A stretch of DNA of 64,000 nt from an uncultured archaeon. GTDB lineage: Archaea; Asgardarchaeota; Lokiarchaeia; Sigyniarchaeales; SOKP01. Of the stretch, positions 39,352-50,100 are shown piece after piece. A program made the translations under genes and the position numbers. The notes beneath the pieces were generated by a model. The model did not search any database, was not told the origin of the DNA, and was given only the letters and a program-made list of their open reading frames with translations. Numbering within the stretch: the first letter of the stretch is position 1; each line of letters begins with the position of its first letter. The stretch covers positions 1 through 64,000 of the forward strand of contig CAZOYD010000010.1 in assembly GCA_964583985.1 (NCBI GenBank), read 5' to 3'.

Positions 39352-42315
39352 TTAAAAAGTCTGCCTAAATATATCCATTATAGATTGCCTACTCAGTCGT
39401 ATCAGTATGAAGTACATTCCTACAACACCAATAAGTATTGATATTGTAAACACTCTCAAAATGGCATCAACGGGTAGGATAAAATTAGCAGGAAGCTCTG
39501 TCATTAAGGCCATATTCGTTTCAAGCAAATAGCCACAATATGTGCCTATAAACGTGCCCATCGTTCCTGCTGATAATAATAATAAAAGACTTTCGATTAG
39601 AAACATATTTCGAACATTTCTAGTCTTCATGCCCATGCTTCTTAAGATGCCAATTTCAAATTTTCGCTCAAGCATGATCGCAAACATATTGCTAATTAGT
39701 CCAAAAATCGATATCATAACCGCAAACATCAAGATAATTTCCATCAATGTACTTTGACGCTCCATCATTCCAATCATAAAGTTTACTTTCGAAATCGCAT
39801 CATCAATTGAAAAACTTTTATCTTTATAGATTGTATTTATATCATCCATCGTTGATTCTATATTTTCTTCAGTATTTTCAATCAGATTGACAAATATCTT
39901 ATCAATGATCATATTTGGTTCTCTAGGATTATCTACCTTCATTAAATTAATATAATTATCTAAAGAAACTAAGATCCCACCACCATAAGCAGAAATTTCT
40001 GAACTTCTAAAATTCCAATAACCTGGCATTCCTCCACAGATCCCAACAACCCTAAAAAGCGAAATATTACCCGGATCATTTGGTATTTGAGGATTATAAA
40101 AATTTAATCGAACATATTCACCTACATCTTCAATTCCTAAAACTGATGCTATTGATTTTGCGATGATACAAGTGTTATTATTTTGAAAGATTTGACTAAA
40201 AGAATAATTAAACCCGCTATTGGGGCTACTCCAAATTATGAGATCTTTATCTACCACCTTGGTAAAATCTTCATCAATTCCAATAAATCCTGCTTCAATT
40301 TCATCAAAATTGGCGATATCTGCTGCAGTCACTTGGAACTTTGTTTCTGCTTGTCGAGCATAGAATTCAAAGATGTTTATAAAAACCTCATCTGTAGAGT
40401 CACCTCCAAACCCTATTCCTCCTTCTGATGATGAAAAAATTGTTGAAATCACAGAAGTCAAATCATATGTATTAAAAAGAGAGATCGCAATCGATTTAAT
40501 ACCTGGGAAGGATTGTAATTCTTCTGCCATATCAAGAGTCAAGGCGCTCTCCGGATCATAACCTTGGTTTGCTAGCACCAAATCTGAACCATACTGCATT
40601 TTCAAACTAGTTGACATGGTTACTGATTGCATTTCGGTAACACTCGTTATAAAAAAAATGAAACTGAAGGATATTGAAAACATTACTATGGTGCTTGTAT
40701 TTCTTCGTGTATATCTCTTTAAGGAAATCTTGACGATATTCCTATATTTTCTTATAAATGGTGAAATAATCGTTAAAAACACCCTTTGAATGATCGGTAT
40801 CATTCCTACTGAAGCGAATACAAGTCCAAGTAAAACTGCTGCTAGCATTCCTATAAATAGTCCAGCTAACATCATCATTCCCCCCGTTACCATTATTCTT
40901 GGTAATAAGACGAATACTATCATTCCTAACGTGGAAATTGATATTCCTATCAGAAAATTCTTTATGTTTATGCTTCCTTCTTTTTTGACTTCCCACCCCT
41001 CTTCTTTGGTATGAAAAGGTGTGATAGATTTTATCAAATCTTGTCTCGAGGTTTTCAGTGCTGGTATTAAAGCAATACAAAGAGAGGTAATTGATCCAAT
41101 AGATAATTCCAATGCAACAGTTTCTGGATTTATAACGAAATCTTCCATCAAAAAAGGAAAATTAGTCATGCTGAAAAGTACACTAACAATGGAAGGAGTG
41201 AAAATGATGCCTATTATTACTCCTATTATGGATCCCATTACTCCTAAAAGAAATCCCTCAAAAAGGACCATTTTTATTGGCATGCCTTTTCTACCTCCAA
41301 CAACGCGCATTATGCCAAACTCTCTCATTCTTTCTTCGATGGAAGTGGACAATATTGAATTAATTAGGATTCCTGTTATCAAGATAGAAAGAATTGTTAT
41401 AAACCAAAAGATGATTGTCATCATCACTAGCGTAAATTCACCACTAGATAATTCCTCTAATTTTGGCATCGTAACTGAATATGTATTAATGTCTAATCTT
41501 TCTTGAATTCGTGTTCCGATTTCTCGTAGACGAGTAGTGGTCTCATCCAAATTACTCACATCATATATAAATTGTGGATTTTCAATCGTGCCTACTATAA
41601 AATTAATTTCATCTGATCGTTGAAGAAATTCTTGTGCTTGTTCTAAGTTAACTAAGATCAAACTTGTTTCGAATTGGAAAAACTTTAGATCCTGTTCACA
41701 AATAGCAATGATTTCTAAATCTAAATTATATTGCTGATATTCTAAGTGAATAGTATCTCCTATTGAAACATTTAGTAGTTCTGCAACATTCCACAAAATA
41801 ACACATTCTCCATCATCAGGTTCCTTAATGTAAATCTCCCCGGTTTCAACTCCATTTTCATCGACGATTTTTAAATCTCCCAGCTTTCCACTGTTTGCTT
41901 CTTGAATGAAATTTAAACCATACATTTCAAGGGATCCGTTTGAATCTGTATTATCTGATGATGTTTTAACTACAGCCATAATCCTTGGAAAAAATTCATT
42001 GACACCCGAGATATCATGGAGTTCATTTTGAATGAGAGATTCATCAAAATAAGGGTCATATGTAATATCTGTTTGAGGAATTTTGGTGATCATAATATCA
42101 GCACTTCCAGTTGTAGTAGTTACTGAGTCGATATAATTATAACTCATGGTATCGTTAACCATTCCGATTGCAGTCAATAAAATGATTGAAATTGCAATTC
42201 CACCAATACCAAAAAATGCTTTGGCTTTATTACGCTTAAGATCAATCCATGAGTTTTTGATAAATTGTAAATTAATCTTCAGCTGAAATTTATACCAAAT
42301 TTCTCTTATGTTCAA
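39352..42315 (-). CDS. FtsX/MacB-family ABC permease with two internal repeats (permease 2)
   Basis: ERMREFGIMRVVG and ERKFEIGILRSMG coupling motifs, each after a large extracellular loop. Confidence 0.9.
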   Translation of the reverse strand: MNIREIWYKFQLKINLQFIKNSWIDLKRNKAKAFFGIGGIAISIILLTAIGMVNDTMSYNYIDSVTTTTGSADIMITKIPQTDITYDPYFDESLIQNELHDISGVNEFFPRIMAVVKTSSDNTDSNGSLEMYGLNFIQEANSGKLGDLKIVDENGVETGEIYIKEPDDGECVILWNVAELLNVSIGDTIHLEYQQYNLDLEIIAICEQDLKFFQFETSLILVNLEQAQEFLQRSDEINFIVGTIENPQFIYDVSNLDETTTRLREIGTRIQERLDINTYSVTMPKLEELSSGEFTLVMMTIIFWFITILSILITGILINSILSTSIEERMREFGIMRVVGGRKGMPIKMVLFEGFLLGVMGSIIGVIIGIIFTPSIVSVLFSMTNFPFLMEDFVINPETVALELSIGSITSLCIALIPALKTSRQDLIKSITPFHTKEEGWEVKKEGSINIKNFLIGISISTLGMIVFVLLPRIMVTGGMMMLAGLFIGMLAAVLLGLVFASVGMIPIIQRVFLTIISPFIRKYRNIVKISLKRYTRRNTSTIVMFSISFSFIFFITSVTEMQSVTMSTSLKMQYGSDLVLANQGYDPESALTLDMAEELQSFPGIKSIAISLFNTYDLTSVISTIFSSSEGGIGFGGDSTDEVFINIFEFYARQAETKFQVTAADIANFDEIEAGFIGIDEDFTKVVDKDLIIWSSPNSGFNYSFSQIFQNNNTCIIAKSIASVLGIEDVGEYVRLNFYNPQIPNDPGNISLFRVVGICGGMPGYWNFRSSEISAYGGGILVSLDNYINLMKVDNPREPNMIIDKIFVNLIENTEENIESTMDDINTIYKDKSFSIDDAISKVNFMIGMMERQSTLMEIILMFAVMISIFGLISNMFAIMLERKFEIGILRSMGMKTRNVRNMFLIESLLLLLSAGTMGTFIGTYCGYLLETNMALMTELPANFILPVDAILRVFTISILIGVVGMYFILIRLSRQSIMDIFRQTF

Positions 42316-42342
42316 TTTTTTTCCTTATTTTATCAAGTAATT

Positions 42343-45300
42343 CTAATCTAAAACACTAAATTTTTTATTCTTTTTATCATACTTTTTTAATATTTTTCCC
42401 TCTTTTGCTAAAATATCCATAATTTCTTGCTTCTCTCTTCTAACTAATCTTACTCCTTGACAAGTTTTGTTTTTACAGTAGTAATGCTCTCCAGGTTCAT
42501 CTTTAAAATACCATTTTCCACAATTCAAACAGTTATATGCGACAAATAACTGATCATGCTCGCAACTCGGACATATATAACTGTATCTATCAGCAGAAAA
42601 CCAAGATTTGCAGTATCTGCAATGAACTATTAAGGGTCTAGTTAATTCATCTGCTTCCATGACTTGAATCCTTTTAATTATCTGATCTTTATCAATGGAC
42701 TTTAGGCGTATTTTTTCAACATTATTAACTGTAAGCCGTTTATTCCACGTTCTTCCTTTTAAGAATATTATTAAACCAATTATGAATGCTACTCCAAAGA
42801 TAATTAACCAAGGTCCAAAAGTACGGAAATTGAAAATTCCATTTTGAATAGTTATGGTTATAGATTCTTCTATCCAATTTCCCTCTTTATCATAAGCAAT
42901 GACATTTATGTGGTGTATTCCATCATTATAAAAAGTTGTATCCCACTCATAGAGCAATAAGTTGGTACTGATATCATATGAAAAAGAGTTTCTACTTATA
43001 ACCTCACCATCAATATATAGAAAAATTTTTGCTAAATTTAACTCTACGTTATCCGTTATGTTGACTTTGATTGTAAATATGGAACCTATTAATTGGTCCT
43101 CTATAGGTGATAGGAAATTTATTGTGGGTTGTATGAAATCTGTTTTTTGATCATATCCAATATACATATTTGACAATAACCAGCCATAACCCAACCCTAT
43201 GGTATTATCATTTGACTCCAAAGCAAACATAATCATTACAATTTCATCTGAATATTGGGATAGGTCAATAGATTCATTACCAGAAAGAGTCTCATCATAG
43301 AAATATTCTTTTAATACTTCCCAATTATCACCATAATTTGTGGAGATTAAGACCACGCATTTATCCAACAAATCTCTATCCATGTAATATTCATTTTGGA
43401 GTGAGATTTCAAAAGAATATTGGAGAAACGTGGTATATTCATCTCTCAGTTGAATGGGCTTTGTGATTAATTCAATATTCCAATTTGGACCATAACCTTG
43501 TTCAAATCCACCATAACTCATTCCCAAGCCTCCATATAAATAATGCTTTCCCAATCTTGTTATTGGGTGCCAAGTATTATCTCCTTTTAACCAAGCCGTG
43601 TTTTCTTTTGGAGTTGGGACCCCATTTATATAAAAGTCATTTAAATTCTCATCAGAGAATTCATAACCAATTAATTTTTCACTATTAATGATATTGTATT
43701 CTAAAGCCATAGGAAACTCGAAAGAGAATAACTCATTATTACGATTATACCAAGGCGAGTGATACGTGAATTTACCATCAGAAACGTGAAATCTAAACGA
43801 TTTATTGTCATAATTTCCTAAAAATAAAGATTTAAGAAATAATATTCCTTCTCCTTCATTATGCTGAGAGCTCACATTCCAATCCCCATGTATATTAATC
43901 ATTGAATGATTCTCATTGCCAACTTCTAAATAAAGATACTCAGGATAATTATTATCTAAATCGTAATACCTACACATAATTAGAAATTGTTCATATTTTG
44001 AACCCTTGTTATTTGAAATGTCTCTACTTATATTAAAGTCGATGAAAGGTGTATAATAATTTGTTAAGTTAACCAATGAAAAGTAATCTAAAATTAAACC
44101 TTTATAATTAATAGGATCATATTGGTCATCAAGATTAGTAATAAATTGGAATTGTACAAAATTTCCTAAATATCTTGATAAATTTATACTTTCAATGAAC
44201 CAGTCGCTTTCTTCATTACTGTATGTTTTTATAGTCGTCCATCCCGTCCAATTAAGGTTAACCTGTAAATAAACATAATCTCCCGCATTTATACTCGTTC
44301 TCATTCCAAAATTCGCAAACGGTTGCGTATGATTTTCGTTTAGTCTTGTTAAATTAAATAAAGGACTGATTAATGTTCCATTCGGATATGGATTTGATAA
44401 AATATACGGTTGGTAAGTATAATTGGATGGAAAATGATGGTCTCTCCCAAAATACATACTTTCCCATTGAGTATCATATAACAATGAACGGTTATCTATT
44501 TGATTTGATTGAATTAAAAAATCCCATCCCGTTCCAATAATTGTCCAATTATTCCAACCATTATTGAAATAATGAGAATATGGTAATTGCTTGCTATCAT
44601 CGGGAAATTCCACTGTAATATTTAGAAACCCAATCTCCGGAAATCGTACGGTGTGCAAACCATCACTCGCTAAAAAAAAATAGTGAAATACTCCAGATGA
44701 CGGAAACTTAAGGTACTCCGTTTCAAAAAGCGCTCCATCTGTAAAATTGCTATCAAATTCATACAATTGAGACATTGAATAATTTAATGATGTTTCCATT
44801 ATTGATACGTACACTTCTTGTGGAGGAACATTTGAAACATCCATATCAAAATAATCAATATAAAAACGATAGCTATCTATTGAATAATTCTTATATGGAT
44901 TATATCCTAAATATTCTTGACGGGAAAGAATTGTTGCATTCTTTTGACCCCCCACGAAATTTATTAAAGGAACGCGCAATTCTGGAACGTGATTGTTATC
45001 AATCGTTGATATATTTAAAGTAAAAGTACTTTCACCACTGATTGCTTTTACAACTATTATGCATTCAGTTTGATTTGATTTTGGTGTAAAATAGAACGAG
45101 TCAAAATCACCATACCATTTTCTTGTTGATTCTAATAAGATCGGTTCTCCATTTACTTTTGACGAATTAACAAAGAGAAACATATCCAAATTTGAATTCT
45201 CATCTACATTTTTTAGCTTAAATTCATATTGTTTATCTTCATTGAGTAATATTCTACGAGCAAAAACATGATTACCTAAAGGATTTATTTTGGAACTGAC

Positions 45301-47112
45301 TACTGAATTTTGAATTGAAGAATTAACTGAAAGGTATTTTATTAAAGCCTCAGTAGCTGCTTGAATATTAACGCGCCCATAACCTTCATGAATATCTTTA
45401 ATAGTTGAGGGAATTCCTATATAAGAACTTGGTGAATATTGGCTTTCATCAATGACTGTTGAAGGGTTATCTTCTCTATTAAGATTTGTTTCTGAAGCAG
45501 TCATTAACAGTATTGCTTTTAATGATTTTGCTAATTGTGAGGTATTGCAAGCGCTCCAAGAACTCCAATCATTCCATCTCGCATCAATTAAAATATTTAT
45601 TGCAGCAGAGATTATTGCTGCTGAAATAGAAGTTCCTTGAGAACCAGTAACATGATCAGAATTTGCTTTAGCACTTATGATATTCCGATGTCCTGGTAAT
45701 TGACTCCCTCCTGGAGCGAGAATGTCTGGTTTAATAATATTTTCACCAATTAATTCTCCCATACTACTATAAGCAGCTACTTGATCCTTGTCATTTATTG
45801 CTCCTACAACAATAGCATTCTCACTAAGTGCTAATTTGTTAAGAGGACTTGATCCCTCGACGCCAGAATTTCCAGCTGCTATTACAACCACAATACCATT
45901 ATCTGCTACATCATTAATTGCTTTAGTAACTGCCATTATATCTTGACCTAAAGTCCCAATACTCAGGCAAGCAGACACTATTTTATTTGCATCTTTATTT
46001 TGTAAAACATTCCCTAATGCTGAGATCAGATCAGAAGTATACCCATAACCAGAATTGTTCAATATTTTATAAGAATGAATATTAGACGCGTTTGCTATCC
46101 CAGTGAAATGATTGAAATTGGGAATATAATTTTCTGGCAAAAAAGACGCATTTACATTATAATAAAATTTGGGATTTTTATTTAATTGCTTGTGATATTT
46201 CATGTACAAATCATAGATCCCCGTTCCGTACGTCGAAATTCGTTGAGAAAACTGATACATCGTGTTTTGCATTAGATTATGGGTCGAATTCACTAAAGTT
46301 GAATCGAAATATAATTCAAACCACACGTTATCTATTCCAAGTTCCTCCAGTTGCCAACTTGCCGATATGTTTATATTAGAACTTACAGGTGTGGCATTAA
46401 ATGATCCGATCTTAAAAGAATAATTTTTAGAGGGAATATATTCTTCGAATAGATCTAAATGAGAATAATTCGCTTCATATAATATTAAAGACGGATTTAC
46501 ACTATCATAATGATCAATTCCAGTGCCTGCTATAATTGAGGATATAAACGTACCATGACCGTTATTATCAGAAATAGGCGCTAAATCCACAAAATTATCA
46601 TAACCCGAAATTTTACCTTGCAAAAATTGTTGATTAGAATCAATTCCAGTATCTAAAACTGCTATTGAAGAACCCGTGTCTCCATTAAATCCATTTATGC
46701 TCCAAGTTGAATTAACAGCCCCTGATTGATATGAAGCATAATTTAATTGAGTTTCAATAATTTCATCTAATTCTATGTTGATGTCGTTAAACTCGGAAGC
46801 AAATGAAGAAATATTCTCAGCAGGCAACTTTCCGGCAAATCCTGAAATACTTTTAAACACATTGTTCCATTCTTCATTCTCCTTTAATTGACCTCCATAA
46901 AACTCGAATCTGGTTTTAATACTTGGATTAAAAGTTGATTGATTGAAAAATATTATGAGATCTGGCATGTTTGAGGTTGATAAATGAAGATTTCTCTTTT
47001 TTAATTCTGAAGTAGATTGAACAGAGATGTGCTGCGGGAATAGTAATTGAATTCCAAAAATTGAAAATATGAAAATTACTATGAAGAAAATCGTTTTATT
47101 TTTCACATTCAC
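42343..47112 (-). CDS. Membrane-anchored S8 (subtilisin-like) protease with multi-domain stalk and cytoplasmic double zinc ribbon
   Basis: Signal/anchor, I9-like prodomain, VLDTG, NGHGT, AAGNSG, KPDILAPG, GTS, GYGRVN; C-terminal TM then CRYC, CPSC, CLNC, CKNKTC. Confidence 0.88.
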   Translation of the reverse strand: MNVKNKTIFFIVIFIFSIFGIQLLFPQHISVQSTSELKKRNLHLSTSNMPDLIIFFNQSTFNPSIKTRFEFYGGQLKENEEWNNVFKSISGFAGKLPAENISSFASEFNDINIELDEIIETQLNYASYQSGAVNSTWSINGFNGDTGSSIAVLDTGIDSNQQFLQGKISGYDNFVDLAPISDNNGHGTFISSIIAGTGIDHYDSVNPSLILYEANYSHLDLFEEYIPSKNYSFKIGSFNATPVSSNINISASWQLEELGIDNVWFELYFDSTLVNSTHNLMQNTMYQFSQRISTYGTGIYDLYMKYHKQLNKNPKFYYNVNASFLPENYIPNFNHFTGIANASNIHSYKILNNSGYGYTSDLISALGNVLQNKDANKIVSACLSIGTLGQDIMAVTKAINDVADNGIVVVIAAGNSGVEGSSPLNKLALSENAIVVGAINDKDQVAAYSSMGELIGENIIKPDILAPGGSQLPGHRNIISAKANSDHVTGSQGTSISAAIISAAINILIDARWNDWSSWSACNTSQLAKSLKAILLMTASETNLNREDNPSTVIDESQYSPSSYIGIPSTIKDIHEGYGRVNIQAATEALIKYLSVNSSIQNSVVSSKINPLGNHVFARRILLNEDKQYEFKLKNVDENSNLDMFLFVNSSKVNGEPILLESTRKWYGDFDSFYFTPKSNQTECIIVVKAISGESTFTLNISTIDNNHVPELRVPLINFVGGQKNATILSRQEYLGYNPYKNYSIDSYRFYIDYFDMDVSNVPPQEVYVSIMETSLNYSMSQLYEFDSNFTDGALFETEYLKFPSSGVFHYFFLASDGLHTVRFPEIGFLNITVEFPDDSKQLPYSHYFNNGWNNWTIIGTGWDFLIQSNQIDNRSLLYDTQWESMYFGRDHHFPSNYTYQPYILSNPYPNGTLISPLFNLTRLNENHTQPFANFGMRTSINAGDYVYLQVNLNWTGWTTIKTYSNEESDWFIESINLSRYLGNFVQFQFITNLDDQYDPINYKGLILDYFSLVNLTNYYTPFIDFNISRDISNNKGSKYEQFLIMCRYYDLDNNYPEYLYLEVGNENHSMINIHGDWNVSSQHNEGEGILFLKSLFLGNYDNKSFRFHVSDGKFTYHSPWYNRNNELFSFEFPMALEYNIINSEKLIGYEFSDENLNDFYINGVPTPKENTAWLKGDNTWHPITRLGKHYLYGGLGMSYGGFEQGYGPNWNIELITKPIQLRDEYTTFLQYSFEISLQNEYYMDRDLLDKCVVLISTNYGDNWEVLKEYFYDETLSGNESIDLSQYSDEIVMIMFALESNDNTIGLGYGWLLSNMYIGYDQKTDFIQPTINFLSPIEDQLIGSIFTIKVNITDNVELNLAKIFLYIDGEVISRNSFSYDISTNLLLYEWDTTFYNDGIHHINVIAYDKEGNWIEESITITIQNGIFNFRTFGPWLIIFGVAFIIGLIIFLKGRTWNKRLTVNNVEKIRLKSIDKDQIIKRIQVMEADELTRPLIVHCRYCKSWFSADRYSYICPSCEHDQLFVAYNCLNCGKWYFKDEPGEHYYCKNKTCQGVRLVRREKQEIMDILAKEGKILKKYDKKNKKFSVLD

Positions 47113-50100
47113 TTTTCTTTTACTCCTCCCGATAATTGTGATTTAGTACCTCTTAACTCTTTTTTCTCATCTTCAGAAAGATTTAGGAAAAAATCATTTA
47201 ATGTTTTTTCTACCTTTAAAATCGTATCTAATCCTTTCATTCTGAATAGCAATTCTTCATTCCTCGCAATTTCATACTTTTTCAGGTTATATCTTCTTGA
47301 TTGATATAGATAGATTGCTAAAATCAACAGAGCTAACGCTGTAGGTATACCGATAAATAATATCTGAGTATGAATTGGAAAGATTATCTTAACTTCAACC
47401 GCGTTTGAAGTTACTTTTACTTGATGAATGTAATATAAATGAATGGTGGAAGGATTTAATTTTATAAGACTTTGACTCATGGCTTTGATTGCATATGAAT
47501 ACGTTTTGTTCTCGCCTGGATTGATTAAATCAATTTCATTTATCAACTTACCTTCAACTAAAGCAAAGTTAATTCTTGTAAAACTTGTAATGTCACTTAA
47601 ACTTAAACCTTTAACGCAAATATTTCCCGTATTTCTAACTATTAAAGTAACCACGAGAATATCCCCAATTTCGACTTGATTTTTATTAATGTTTTTAGTA
47701 ATGGTCAAATTGATACTTCCTAATATTACCGGTTCAGAATGAGAAATCTGTATTAAACGACTGTTATCACTATCAAAGTAATTAATGGGAGGATAGTAAT
47801 AACCATTCCACTCCAATTTTTTCAATGTGATATTATAAGAATAAATTTCATCATATTGGATGTTTGTAATGGTATGTCTTTCATTTTGAATAATTCTTAA
47901 AGCACCATAATTATCTTTAAGATTTAATGATAGCTTAGAGATATTCAATCTATTGGGACTAGTATTTTTTATCTCTACCGAAATATTAAAAATCTCACCG
48001 ATCATTGGATTATTAATGAGGGGATTAAAGAGAATTTGAATCGTATTAAGGAAGGGTTGAGTCTTCCCGTAATCAACTCTTGCGGTATAAAACACCTCAT
48101 TCGTACGAGTTATAATTGTGCGTGTATCTAAATTCTCAATTTTTTCTGTATTGTTATACTCGAGTCGTAAAGAATTTATAGTAGCAGAATTTGGAGTGTA
48201 AAATTCCATTTGAATTGTTTGCTGTTCTAGGGGTGCTAATTCGTCTAAATAGAAGTATAAGTGATTATCATATATAGAAAAATTAATATTATCATTTATT
48301 ATTCCTGGAAGAAGCATAGAAATATTAAGATCGTGGGCAATTTGGGAACCAACATTTTTAAAATGTAAAGTATAAGTATTAATTTCACCAATTTCAGTAT
48401 TATATTTTGAAATTTCAGCAAATGCTATGATCGACGCCATATCATAAGTACTTAATGAAATAGAATTAGAATATCTTACATATTGGACTTCTCCACTAGT
48501 AGTACTGTATATTACTCGTGATCTTGAAGCCTCATAATGATTTATGTCACGATAGGATAATTCGACTTCTAAATAATTTAAGCTAATATTGAAAGCGCTT
48601 GATTCTGATCCAATCAATCGTAAAACCATTGTGTGATTTATTCGAGATGGAGAATCAAAAAGCCATTCTAAAGATCCTTTATTTTTAATAAATGAATAAC
48701 GAGTTGTACCATTTTGTTGAGATTCAAAGTAAGATGAAATATCTTCAAATTGGCCACTTGAGAAATTAAATATTTCTAATCTTAACGAATTTTGTTGATC
48801 TGTTAAATTGATAAGAATTGATACGCGATCCAAAGATTTATTTTGATAATTGATGCGTGTCGTATTTTGAAATAGAAATTGTACTTCAATTTGGTGTTGG
48901 TCCACATATTTTTCTTCTGAAGATATATTCCAACTTTCATCATCAAGTCTCAATGCCATACTAGGATCAGTATCATCTAATGATGATCCTGAAATCATAT
49001 CAGGAAGTGGTGGATATGATTCATCAATTATGAAACTATAATTATAAAATGGTGTGAATGTATCAAATGCTTCGATTGAGAAGTTAGAATACACGTAAGA
49101 AATCCTTTCTCCTGGCTCTAAAATCCAATTATCATCGTTCCAAATACTATATTTATTGGTAAAGATATTTTTTAAATCATTTGAAGTGATCCCTAGAATT
49201 AATAAACCAGCAATTAATTGAGGATAACCAATACTTATGATATCAATGACATTATCCATTTTCTCATTATAAGGGAAATAATTTGATAGATTGCTCAAAT
49301 CTGGAAAATATGTATCCACTAATCCTGATCCCAAACTATCCATATAGAAAATTCTTGGATTTTCATCAAAATTGAAAAAATCTTCTAAGGAATCATATTG
49401 ACCTGAATATTCTACTTTTACAACATCCCATATTGCATCCATGAGTTCACCACCTAATGGACCACCAATTAAAGTGAACATTTCTTCAAGTCCTAAAGGA
49501 AATGAGGTTGGTACACCCCAAGCAGATTCATTACCTACATTCTTTACAGTTATATTAAAATCATAATTATTATATGCACCATATGAAGCGTTTCCGTTAA
49601 CTAAATCTTTGGTTATCATTAAATTTGGTTCTGAATTAGAAATCTTGTAATTTACAATAAAATCAGAAACAGGATTAAATAATCCTGTCATGATACCAGA
49701 AATACCTTGGAATCCAAGTTGAGGTAGAAAATTAATAATATCTAAGGAATCGTTTAGATTAATTGGCAATACGTAACTTCTTTTTATACCACCAAAATCA
49801 ACCCATACTAAATCAAAGGAATAATTTTTGAGTGATTGAATGTCAATATCAACATTTGAATAATATAGTAATAATCCAAGTTGTTCTAGTAAAAATTCAT
49901 ACAATTCAAAATAATTTGGAGTAGTATCAATTATATCAGAACATAATATTGATACATCAATATTACTTAAAAAAGCTCCTGCTAAAGCGATAAATATTTT
50001 GGCACTAGGTTTTAATTCATCTCCATTATAATCCATGGCATCCCACAAATTGAAAGAAAATTCATCATCTCCAATTTTTTGTATCGCATTTTCAATTCCT

